Below, piece by piece: positions 29,147-36,888 of a DNA stretch of 62,372 nucleotides. Made by a program: the position numbers and the translations under genes. The notes below the pieces were generated by a model that saw only the letters and a list, made by a program, of their open reading frames with translations, ran no database searches and was not told the DNA's origin. The stretch covers positions 1 to 62,372 of the forward strand of contig JAXMLA010000040.1 of NCBI GenBank assembly GCA_034370465.1, written 5' to 3'. Each line of letters begins with the position of its first letter. Position 1 is the first letter of the stretch. The DNA is from Desulfuromonadales bacterium (lineage in GTDB: Bacteria > Desulfobacterota > Desulfuromonadia > Desulfuromonadales > UBA2197).

Positions 29147-29857
29147 TCACCGGCTCAGCGAATCAGGCGGGGTGTAGGCGGCGTAGTGGAGATCGGTGGT
29201 GAGCTTGTAGCCGGGATAAAGGCGCCGGGCGATAGGGTCGATGAGGGGGTCGGTGAGACCATTGAGAAAGGCATAACTGACGTTGTTGTGCAGATGGTGG
29301 CGGGCGTGGTGGCGTTTGCCGAGGAGGATGCCGCAGTCGCCGAGCCATTTGGCCAGCGGCGAGTTGGAGCTGTGACAGAGGTAGTGGGAGACTTCAGCGA
29401 CGCAGGAAAGGATGCCGACGTAGACCAGCAGCCAGGCGAGGAACGGCGTCGCGAGCAGGAGCGGCAGCGCCAGCGCGACGATGGCGAGATAGCCGACCAG
29501 CCAGACTTTGGCCCCGGATTCGTGGAAGTAAACGACGTAGAGCGGATTCTGGCGGTATTGGGGAATTTTGTGGTGGAGATGAAAGTTTGCGACCAGAGGC
29601 CCGACCAGCGATTCGTAGTCGTCGTAGTTATCCATGATCATGTGTATCAGGCCATTGACGAAGTCAGTGACCAACCAGGCAAGCAGAAGTACCAGTCCCT
29701 GTCCCAAGGGGCCGAGGTCGATGGGCCAAACCTTTGCCAGCAGGTAGAGTTGCAGGCCGCAATTGATCGTGGCGACCAGCCAGCCAAACCCCACATAGCT
29801 TTTTCCGGCATTGAAGCGGGCCATGGCGGCGTTAAATTGTTGCTGCTTATCTGTCAA
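29147..29857 (-). CDS. CarF/FAD4/TMEM189-family membrane lipid desaturase (Kua-type His-box protein)
   Basis: The His boxes are HMIMDNYDDY...FHLHHKIPQ, SHYLCHSS and KRHHARHH...YAFLNGLTDPLID. This matches the plant FAD4 pattern (HW.VDNYG...FQGHH..P, H..HH...YC..G..N). Confidence 0.8.
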   Translation of the reverse strand: MTDKQQQFNAAMARFNAGKSYVGFGWLVATINCGLQLYLLAKVWPIDLGPLGQGLVLLLAWLVTDFVNGLIHMIMDNYDDYESLVGPLVANFHLHHKIPQYRQNPLYVVYFHESGAKVWLVGYLAIVALALPLLLATPFLAWLLVYVGILSCVAEVSHYLCHSSNSPLAKWLGDCGILLGKRHHARHHLHNNVSYAFLNGLTDPLIDPIARRLYPGYKLTTDLHYAAYTPPDSLSR

Positions 29858-29925
29858 TTGGCATGTTCCTTAGCGGAAGGTTATCAGCGTCAAATTCTCG
29901 GCTCCTGTAAAGGGGACAGGCTACT

Positions 29926-30402
29926 TTAACGATCTTTTACTGGTCTTCCTCTCCGCCTCATTGTTGATTCCGACGACCAAGGCCACTCAGCCAGGCTGGG
30001 GACTATTCCGGCCCAAAGCGGATTACCTTCTACATAACGGGCTACAGTCAACAAGTGGTCATTCTCTTCCACTATGAAACTCTTGTAACGTCCTTGCCAG
30101 ATGTGCCCGCTGCTACCGTAATGACGATGGTATCGGCGAACGTGACTGGTCATGAACCATTGCATCCCCCGACTCAAGTCTCCGGCCTGCACCGTACGCA
30201 GCAGCAGATGGAAGTGGTTCGGCATCAGACAGTAGGCAAATAACTCTATGGAGTAGCGTTTTGTTGTTTCGCCTAGTAAATTGATAAAAGAACGGTAGTC
30301 GTCGTCTTTATGAAAAACCTGTTGCCGACCATTTCCAGTTAAGGAGTGCACAAGAGGCAACCCTCCCAAGCTCAAAAAAAAATCCGTCGCTTTCCCACTC
30401 AC
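29926..30402 (-). CDS. REP-associated tyrosine transposase (RAYT; IS200/IS605 TnpA Y1-type), solitary
   Basis: The HUH motif is MPNHFHLLL and the catalytic Tyr helix is ARYVEGNPLWAGIV. LTGNGRQQVF is also present. There is no tnpB and no terminal IS structure. Confidence 0.85.
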   Translation of the reverse strand: MSGKATDFFLSLGGLPLVHSLTGNGRQQVFHKDDDYRSFINLLGETTKRYSIELFAYCLMPNHFHLLLRTVQAGDLSRGMQWFMTSHVRRYHRHYGSSGHIWQGRYKSFIVEENDHLLTVARYVEGNPLWAGIVPSLAEWPWSSESTMRRRGRPVKDR

Positions 30403-30728
30403 TCCGCCATCGCGACTGAAATCGTACCCTCAAACCCGCCGCTGCCGACAAACAAAAACCGCCACCTCGGTCGATACCGGGACGGCGGTGAAGATGAACG
30501 CAAAGCACGCCGGCCCCCGACGGGCGTCCCCCCTTTTAATGGCCGGCATTAGAGCGGATTCGTAAAGTAAAGTCAAGGAAGTGGCTGTCCAATCCCCCTC
30601 ATTTTGTCTTTGTGGGGAGGGAGAGCTTGAATCAGGTTGATTTGCCGGGACCAGATAAATTTCGAGCGTGCACCAACCGCCTGGGCAGGCCGCGTGTTTT
30701 TCCAAAGCGTAGATAGAGAAGGTGGTGG

Positions 30729-30757
30729 TTGACTTCTGTAAACAAATTGTTTATACT
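30729..30757 (+). promoter_or_regulatory. higBA promoter TTGACT-17-TATACT with an embedded palindrome aacaa-a-ttgtt (candidate HigA operator)
   Basis: The -35 is at 30729-34 and the -10 at 30752-57, with exactly a 17-nt spacer. The palindrome at 30741-51 lies in the spacer, 7 nt upstream of the higB ATG region. Confidence 0.65.
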
Positions 30758-30763
30758 CTCTGC

Positions 30764-31030
30764 ATGATTACATCATTCGCAAACAAAGAAACGGAAAAAC
30801 TCTTTGCAACAGGGAAGTCCAGGAAATTTCCTTGTGAAATCATTGCTCGCGCCATCATGCGACTGACGCAGTTGGACAGCGTACGCGAAGTTAAAGATTT
30901 AATGATGCCGCCATCAAACCGCCTTGAAGCTCTTTCCGGCAACAGAGCAGGACAGTGGAGTATCAGAATTAATGAGCAGTGGCGGATCTGTTTTTCATTC
31001 GCCAACGGCGAAGCAACTGAAGTCGAATAA
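30764..31030 (+). CDS. higB: HigB (RelE-superfamily) toxin, C-terminally truncated by an apparent 1-nt indel
   Basis: MITSFANKETEKLF...NRLEALSGNRAGQWSIRINEQWRICFSF.NGEATEVE aligns with E. coli HigB. The canonical end IIDYH-stop is encoded at 31027-31044 in another frame. Confidence 0.8.
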   Translation: MITSFANKETEKLFATGKSRKFPCEIIARAIMRLTQLDSVREVKDLMMPPSNRLEALSGNRAGQWSIRINEQWRICFSFANGEATEVE

Positions 31031-31055
31031 TCGACTACCATTAAGGAGAAATCTC

Positions 31056-31358
31056 ATGGCGACTAAAAACGGTCTTCCTCCCATTCATCCCGGCGTATTC
31101 CTGAAAGAAATACTTGATGAACTTGGCATCTCACAGAATGCCTTTGCTCAAGCTATCGGCGTTTCGCCTATGCGAGTCTCGCACGTTATCAAGGGCTCGC
31201 GTCCTGTCACTGCTGAGCTGGCACTGCTTTTCGGTAAGGCATTTGGTCAGTCGCCGAACTACTGGATGAACCTGCAAACGAGCTATGATCTGAAGACTGC
31301 TGAAAAAGCACTGGTGCAGAAGGTGCTTCAAGTGCAGCCACTTTCGCAGGCTGCGTAA
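31056..31358 (+). CDS. higA: HigA antitoxin (XRE-type HTH)
   Basis: IHPGVFLKEILDELGISQNAFAQAIGVSPMRVSHVIKGSRPVTAELALLFGKAFGQSPNYWMNLQ is present. AAGGAG lies 8 nt upstream of the ATG. Confidence 0.9.
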   Translation: MATKNGLPPIHPGVFLKEILDELGISQNAFAQAIGVSPMRVSHVIKGSRPVTAELALLFGKAFGQSPNYWMNLQTSYDLKTAEKALVQKVLQVQPLSQAA

Positions 31359-31410
31359 GGTGTTCATTCGAATTTACCGGGGAAATGTTCGTGAAATAAG
31401 GAGACAACCA

Positions 31411-31878
31411 ATGTTTACACGCCCTTTGTTGCCCATCCTGTTCTTCCTGCTGTTCAGTTCTGCGACGCTGTACGCGGCCCCGCAACTGAACGACCATGAC
31501 GCTCTGTCCGGCTTAAAGACCGTTAAAGTCATTTTCGATGTACGAGTGCCGGATAGCGACAAACTCGTCTTCAATCTTGAACTCTTTGCAGAAACCCGCG
31601 CAGGTTTGATTAAGCAGGGGGTGACTCCGGAGATGGTCGTGGCTTTTCGCGGTCCCGGTGTCAAACTCCTCACCAGCGACGCTATTGATGAAGAAGCGCG
31701 CGACCTCATCCGTGATCTGCAAAAAAAAGGGGTGCGTTTTGAGGTCTGTGCTGTCGCCGTACGAACGTTCAAGGCTGAACCCGGCAAATTGATTCCCGAG
31801 GTCAAGCTGGTGGCCAACGGCTTTAATTCATTGATCGGCTATCAGAATAAGGGCTATGCGATGATCGCCATTAATTAA
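31411..31878 (+). CDS. Exported DsrE/DsrF-like (COG1416-type) protein
   Basis: The signal peptide is MFTRPLLPILFFLLFSSATLYA/AP. VKVIFDV, VAFRGPGVKLL, GVRFEVCAVAV and GYQNKGYAMIAIN are present. AAGGAG lies upstream of the ATG at 31411. Confidence 0.75.
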   Translation: MFTRPLLPILFFLLFSSATLYAAPQLNDHDALSGLKTVKVIFDVRVPDSDKLVFNLELFAETRAGLIKQGVTPEMVVAFRGPGVKLLTSDAIDEEARDLIRDLQKKGVRFEVCAVAVRTFKAEPGKLIPEVKLVANGFNSLIGYQNKGYAMIAIN

Positions 31879-31907
31879 GCCTCCGGCGACTTCCCCTGCA
31901 CTCACGC

Positions 31908-31937
31908 AAAAAAGGCGACCGATTGGCCGCCTTTTTG
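31908..31937. terminator. Bidirectional rho-independent terminator between the convergent DsrE-like and rhodanese genes
   Basis: aaaaaaGGCGACC-gatt-GGCCGCCttttt forms a 7-bp stem with one mismatch, flanked by an A-run and a T-run. Confidence 0.7.
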
Positions 31938-31961
31938 TTGCCTCTCAGCAATAAATCGGGT

Positions 31962-32387
31962 TTATTTCCCTTCGGTCAAGGCCGCGCAGGCCCAACCTTC
32001 CTGTCCTTTTTCGAGGATCAGCAGACGCTCGGCGGCAATTCCCTGACTGAGCAGGTACTCGTAGGTGCGGGTTGCACCACCGGCACCACGCGGACAGACC
32101 ACCACGACCGGGGCGCTGTCGGACTTGAGTTTGCTGAGCACCGCCTCAAGCTTGGCTCTGTCGGCGTCCGATTTGACCGGATAAGCAAAGGTCGCAGTCG
32201 CGCCGGTAATGTGGTGCCTGGCGAATTCCTCCTCGACCTGAATGTCGACGAGATGGGTCGGTTCCTTGGCGATGAGACGGGCTTCGAGGGCCGCGGCGCT
32301 GATGTAGTTGTAAGGATCGGCAGCGAGTGCAGCCATCGGCAGCAAGGTGCAGCAGAGAAGAAGCAGGCAAAGACGATGGACGGACAT
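31962..32387 (-). CDS. Exported single-domain rhodanese (sulfurtransferase)
   Basis: The signal peptide is MSVHRLCLLLLCCTLLPMAALA/AD. The active-site loop is VVVCPRGAGGATR. The ATG at 32387 is preceded by CAGGAG. Confidence 0.8.
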   Translation of the reverse strand: MSVHRLCLLLLCCTLLPMAALAADPYNYISAAALEARLIAKEPTHLVDIQVEEEFARHHITGATATFAYPVKSDADRAKLEAVLSKLKSDSAPVVVVCPRGAGGATRTYEYLLSQGIAAERLLILEKGQEGWACAALTEGK

Positions 32388-32593
32388 GGGAAACTCCTGA
32401 AGGGGATGATGAAACTTTTCAAAAAATAACCTGTTGCAAAGGAAGAAGTAAACGTAAAAATGAAATGGCATCTCAGTTCAGCTCCGATGAACAAGGGTCT
32501 TCGAAAGCACCTTTGCGATGGAATATAACCTTATAATCTGCTATGGATACGCTCGTTATATGACAGTGGAAAGAACAGGCAAGGGACGAACAC

Positions 32594-33283
32594 ATGTTGT
32601 TACAAGGGACCGCAGTTAATATCTTCGCCATCGTTGCCGGCGCGCTCATCGGTCGGGCGGCCGGCAAACTCCTTTCCGAGCGCGTGCACCGGACGATCAT
32701 GGCCGGGCTCGGTCTCTCGGTCCTGCTCATCGGGCTGCAGCTCGGGTTGCGCTGCCAGCAGCCGCTGGTCGCCATCGGCAGCCTGATTATCGGCGGCCTT
32801 ATCGGGGAATGGATCAATATCGAGCGTCGCCTCGAAAATTTCGGCATTCGCCTCGAACGCCTGAGCAGCAGTGACGGCATTGCCCGCGGCTTTGTCTCCG
32901 CCAGCCTCCTCTTCTGCGTCGGGGCGATGGCGATTATGGGTTCGATTCAGGCCGGCAGCGGATTAGAGCCGACCATCCTGTATGCCAAGTCGGCTCTCGA
33001 CGGTATCGCCGCCGTCGCCCTCGCTTCAACTCTGGGGATCGGTGTCCTTTATTCGGCCCTCCCGGTCCTTCTTTATCAGGGCGGCATCACCTTGGTCGCC
33101 AGCAGTGCCGCCGCCATCCTGACCGCAGCGGTGATGACCGAAATGAATGCGGTCGGCGGCCTGCTGATCGTCGCCATCAGCCTCGATCTGCTCGGCATCA
33201 AACGCTTTGCCGTCGGCAATCTCCTCCCCTCGGTCTTTGTCAGTATCGGACTGATGTGGCTTTTCGGACTCGCCGGCGCCTGA
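32594..33283 (+). CDS. DUF554-family membrane protein (YdfK/YqgA-like)
   Basis: MLLQGTAVNIFAIVAGALIG..., GSIQAG, KSALDGIAAVALAST are characteristic of DUF554. Confidence 0.8.
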   Translation: MLLQGTAVNIFAIVAGALIGRAAGKLLSERVHRTIMAGLGLSVLLIGLQLGLRCQQPLVAIGSLIIGGLIGEWINIERRLENFGIRLERLSSSDGIARGFVSASLLFCVGAMAIMGSIQAGSGLEPTILYAKSALDGIAAVALASTLGIGVLYSALPVLLYQGGITLVASSAAAILTAAVMTEMNAVGGLLIVAISLDLLGIKRFAVGNLLPSVFVSIGLMWLFGLAGA

Positions 33284-33417
33284 CGCCCCCCCTTCTGATC
33301 GGACGGAAGAGTGAATATGAAATTCTCTGAAATATGATTGGGAGGCCGCATGGTCGAAATGGTACGGTCAAGTTGCATGGGTAAATGATCGAAATCTCTC
33401 AGGGAAGGAAACACAGT

Positions 33418-33633
33418 ATGTCGGCAGATTCGAATACAATGTCCAAGCTCATCGGTGTGGTTCTTTTGATCGGAGGCATCGGGATGATCTTCTGGGGTTA
33501 CCAGATGTCCGGTGCATTGGCTTCCAAGCTGGCTAAAGGAATCACCGGGGCGCTTCCTGATGAAGTGATGTATCGCTACATCGGCGGCGCCATCAGCAGT
33601 GTAGCCGGACTGTTTTTACTGATCAAAAGATGA
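33418..33633 (+). CDS. DUF3185-like two-TM small membrane protein
   Basis: KLIGVVLLIGGIGMIFWGYQ...YIGGAISSVAGLFLLIK is present. The ATG at 33418 has a GGAAGGA RBS. The ORF-track start is at 33385. Confidence 0.65.
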   Translation: MSADSNTMSKLIGVVLLIGGIGMIFWGYQMSGALASKLAKGITGALPDEVMYRYIGGAISSVAGLFLLIKR

Positions 33634-33680
33634 AGAAGGGCGGGCAAGGCCGCTTTACAGAGCGATAACAGGATAACAGC

Positions 33681-35066
33681 ATGAAAAAGCCGTCGATCAG
33701 CGGAAAAAACCTGCGGTGGAACGCGTTCAACAGAAGATTCGGTCGCCTTGGACTGAAACTCTCACTCCTCTCAATGGCGCTGATTACCTTGCTGACCGTC
33801 GGCACCGCCTTTCTCGTCATCGACATCATGGATGATTTTCTTTTCCGCGAAATGGTCAAACGCGGCTCGGCTATCGTCGTGAACACGGCCACTCCGGCGG
33901 GATACAGCCTGCTGGCAGAGGATCTTCTTGGTCTCGATCACCTTGTCTCTAAAATTGAGAAATCCCAGAGCGATGTCCTTTATGTCGCCATTGTAGACCC
34001 GCAGGGTCGACTCCTCGCCCACAGTCGGCTCAAGGAGATGGGGGAGATAATCCCGCCACCCTCCGGCAAGCTCTTGGCGCAACAACATGACGTCGCGGTG
34101 CGTAGTGGCCTGCGCGAGGGGAAGGCGTCCTTTGAATTCGATGCTCCGATCCACTTTCAGGGTAGAGAGTTCGGCAGGGTTCAGCTCGGCATCGACGCCA
34201 CGGCACTGACTGCCACCAAGGAGTTGGCTCGCAGCAAGATTTTTATCGTTTCTGCGATTTTTCTCCTCTCGGGGACGATTGCCACCCTCTTTCTTACCCA
34301 AATCGTCACCCGGCCGGTCGCACGCCTGAGCGAAGGGGTTGCAAGTTTGAAGAGTGGTGAATATAATTCTCCGATCGTGGCAGTCTCGCACGACGAGCTG
34401 GGTGATTTGACGCGCAATTTCAACGACATGGCCGCCGAACTTCTCGCCCAGAAGGAGAGCCTGGACCATTATGTCGTCACCCTGAATGAATCGTATCTGG
34501 CCACGCTGAAGATCCTCAGCGCCTCGATCGATGCCCGTGATCAGTACACTCTGGGCCACTCCCAGCGGGTATCCCAACTCTCCGTCCTCATCGGCCGCAA
34601 ACTCGGCATGGACGAAGCTGAACTCAAGGATCTGGAGATTGCCTGCTTGCTTCATGATATCGGTAAAATCAGAGTCCCGGACCGCATCCTCCAGAAAGAG
34701 GGCGCACTGAACGATACAGAACTCACCCTGATGAGCCAGCACCCGCAACACGGCGCTGATATCCTCGGACTGGCGGCGTCCATGCAGCAATTTATCCCAG
34801 CCGCCATCTCCCATCACGAACGTTATGATGGCCGGGGTTATCCTCAGGGTCTCAAGGGGGAGGAGATTCCGCTCTTCGCGGCGATCGTCTCCATTGCTGA
34901 CTGTTTCGACGCAATGACCACCAGCCGTCCCTATCGCGCCGGGCTCCCCCATTCTGTGGCGCTGGCGGAGATTCAACGCTGCCGGGGCACCCAGTTTTCG
35001 CCAAAACTTGTCGACCTATTCCTTGAAACCCAGCAAGAGTCGGCCAGAAGATTGATATTACGGTGA
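33681..35066 (+). CDS. Membrane sensor - HAMP - HD-GYP domain protein (putative c-di-GMP phosphodiesterase)
   Basis: Two TM segments flank a periplasmic sensor region, followed by a HAMP domain. HSQRVSQLSV, LLHDIGKIRVPDRIL and HHERYDGRGYPQGL mark the HD-GYP domain. Confidence 0.88.
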   Translation: MKKPSISGKNLRWNAFNRRFGRLGLKLSLLSMALITLLTVGTAFLVIDIMDDFLFREMVKRGSAIVVNTATPAGYSLLAEDLLGLDHLVSKIEKSQSDVLYVAIVDPQGRLLAHSRLKEMGEIIPPPSGKLLAQQHDVAVRSGLREGKASFEFDAPIHFQGREFGRVQLGIDATALTATKELARSKIFIVSAIFLLSGTIATLFLTQIVTRPVARLSEGVASLKSGEYNSPIVAVSHDELGDLTRNFNDMAAELLAQKESLDHYVVTLNESYLATLKILSASIDARDQYTLGHSQRVSQLSVLIGRKLGMDEAELKDLEIACLLHDIGKIRVPDRILQKEGALNDTELTLMSQHPQHGADILGLAASMQQFIPAAISHHERYDGRGYPQGLKGEEIPLFAAIVSIADCFDAMTTSRPYRAGLPHSVALAEIQRCRGTQFSPKLVDLFLETQQESARRLILR

Positions 35067-35073
35067 AGAGCAT

Positions 35074-35670
35074 ATGCGCATAGTCAACTGGTTGTTTCGA
35101 TTCATCCTGATCGCCTTTCTGGTTTCCTGTACCACTACCCCGCCAACCGGGCAGTCGTCCCGCCAGGAAGACCCGACAACGGGGAGAAGGAATGACCTCG
35201 GGCAGTTGCAGACCTTCCGGCCGGAGATACATTCCTTGTTGGAACGCCGCGAGTTCTTGAAAGCACTACGTTTAATGCAGCAGCAGGTGAATTTGGGATT
35301 AAGCGAGGCGAGTCTCAGGGAAGAGTACGCGCTCGCCCTGCGGGGAGGGATGATCTACAGCGAAGAGTTGTCGAAGAAGGAACGCTTCAGCGAATGCGGA
35401 ATCTATTTACAGCAACTGCTGAACCTTTATCCGCGTCACCTGCCCGACCTTTCCGGCGTCTCGGCGGCACAGATCAAGGAAAAGCTGAACTTCTGTTCCG
35501 ACCAGTTGATGATCAAGGGGTTGGCCGCGTATCGTGCCGGCCAGATGGAGGAGGCGATCAACTTCTGGAAGGCGCTGCTGGTCTTCAACCCGGAGCGGAC
35601 CGAAGCGGAGAAAGCGATCGAGACCTGCTCGATCCAGTTGCGCAACCTGAAACCAAAACCAGAAGTTTGA
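35074..35670 (+). CDS. Lipoprotein with a TPR-like C-terminal region
   Basis: The lipobox is AFLVSC. The C-terminal AAYRAGQMEEAINFWKALLVFNPERTEAEKAIE is TPR-like. The start is 8 nt after the HD-GYP stop. Confidence 0.6.
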   Translation: MRIVNWLFRFILIAFLVSCTTTPPTGQSSRQEDPTTGRRNDLGQLQTFRPEIHSLLERREFLKALRLMQQQVNLGLSEASLREEYALALRGGMIYSEELSKKERFSECGIYLQQLLNLYPRHLPDLSGVSAAQIKEKLNFCSDQLMIKGLAAYRAGQMEEAINFWKALLVFNPERTEAEKAIETCSIQLRNLKPKPEV

Positions 35671-35731
35671 TGAACAAAGACTCTGTTTTTCCAGAAATAT
35701 TCTGGTTCGGACTGATACGAAAAAATAAAAC

Positions 35732-35766
35732 AAAAGGCCACCCAATTGAGGTGGCCTTTTTGTTTT
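35732..35766. terminator. Bidirectional rho-independent terminator (lipoprotein gene / panE)
   Basis: aaaaGGCCACC-caattga-GGTGGCCtttttgtttt forms a perfect 7-bp GC stem flanked by A and T runs. Confidence 0.85.
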
Positions 35767-35804
35767 AAATCAACGAAAAAGGGTTTTCTTTTGGATAACA
35801 GATT

Positions 35805-36710
35805 TTAACGGCTCACCTGCAGCAGCGTCGCCAGCATCTCCACCCTGGGCATGGCAATCCCCGTTTTCCGCCCATAATCGAGGGGCGCTATCAGGATGGA
35901 AGAGATCTCCAGGGGCCGCCCTTCTTCCCGATCGATCTGCATCGACGGTCTGTATGCGCCCATGCTGTCGGTGAATTCGAGCATTCTTTCGGCGTAATTT
36001 TCCGGAATCGGTCTTTGCAATCCCTGGGCATTGGCGGCGCTGATGACTTCGAGCATGAGCTCGCGCACGAGCTGGCGGGCGGGACCCGGCGTCAGCAGAT
36101 GATCGACCGACTGCTGCAGTAAAGCGCAGAGGCCGTTGAAGGGGATATTCCAGACCAGTTTCTCCCAGCGCGCCCGTTTCAGATCGTCCGTGGCGCGGCA
36201 ATCGACACCGGCCTGGCTGAAGATCGCAACCAATGTCTCAAGGCGTTTTTGCTCCACGCGCTGATATTCACCGAGGACAATCCGGCCTTCGCCGAGGTGG
36301 TGGACTTCGCCGGGGATGCCGCGATTGGAACAGAGGAAGGCGACGCCGCCTAAAATCCTTTCCCCGCCGAAGAGATTGGCCAGCGTTTCTTCGTTGCCGA
36401 GACCGTTCTGCAGGGTAAGGATCTGCGTGCCCGCGCCGAGAAGGGGTGTAATCAGTTCCTTGTAGCGATCATTGGCAAAGGTCTTCAGCCCGACCAGAAC
36501 CAGATCGACCGGGCCGATCTCCTCGCTACGCCGGTAGCACTGCACCTGGGGCAGGCTGAAATCCCCGTTGATGGAAAAGACCTTGAGTCCTTCTTTGCTG
36601 ACCGCGTCGTAATCACGGCGCAGCAGAAAATGGACATCCTTGCCGCTGCGCTGCAGCAGCGCGCCGTAATAAAGTCCCAGCGCGCCGGCGCCGACAATGG
36701 CTATTTTCAT
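35805..36710 (-). CDS. panE: 2-dehydropantoate 2-reductase
   Basis: MKIAIVGAGALGLYYGALL is a Rossmann motif. The 301-aa length and overall ApbA/PanE pattern fit. Confidence 0.85.
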   Translation of the reverse strand: MKIAIVGAGALGLYYGALLQRSGKDVHFLLRRDYDAVSKEGLKVFSINGDFSLPQVQCYRRSEEIGPVDLVLVGLKTFANDRYKELITPLLGAGTQILTLQNGLGNEETLANLFGGERILGGVAFLCSNRGIPGEVHHLGEGRIVLGEYQRVEQKRLETLVAIFSQAGVDCRATDDLKRARWEKLVWNIPFNGLCALLQQSVDHLLTPGPARQLVRELMLEVISAANAQGLQRPIPENYAERMLEFTDSMGAYRPSMQIDREEGRPLEISSILIAPLDYGRKTGIAMPRVEMLATLLQVSR

Positions 36711-36888
36711 GAGAAGACCTCACTTGTCCTTTTTATAATGCGGGAAATCTGTCGCACTATAGCTGATTTCAGGTGATGGCGACAATGACAATGCCTGCCT
36801 CGAAGTCGTTGCTATTTGACAGTTGAACAGGCGGGGATAAAATTCCGCTTAGGCTCATAACGCGGCAACCGCCGCAGGGAGGTAGACG

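Noticed and set aside
28959-29150. An N-terminal 64-codon extension of the transglutaminase-like ORF (GTG 29150 / ATG 29147).
   Set aside because: The extension is AT-rich with intergenic-like composition, and homology starts after Met 28958. It is kept only as an alternative, because the TGATG junction with the desaturase gene could indicate coupling.
30430-30705. A 91-aa minus-strand ORF in the gap between the RAYT gene and higB.
   Set aside because: It has no RBS, an odd composition and no recognisable domain. The region reads better as structured non-coding DNA.
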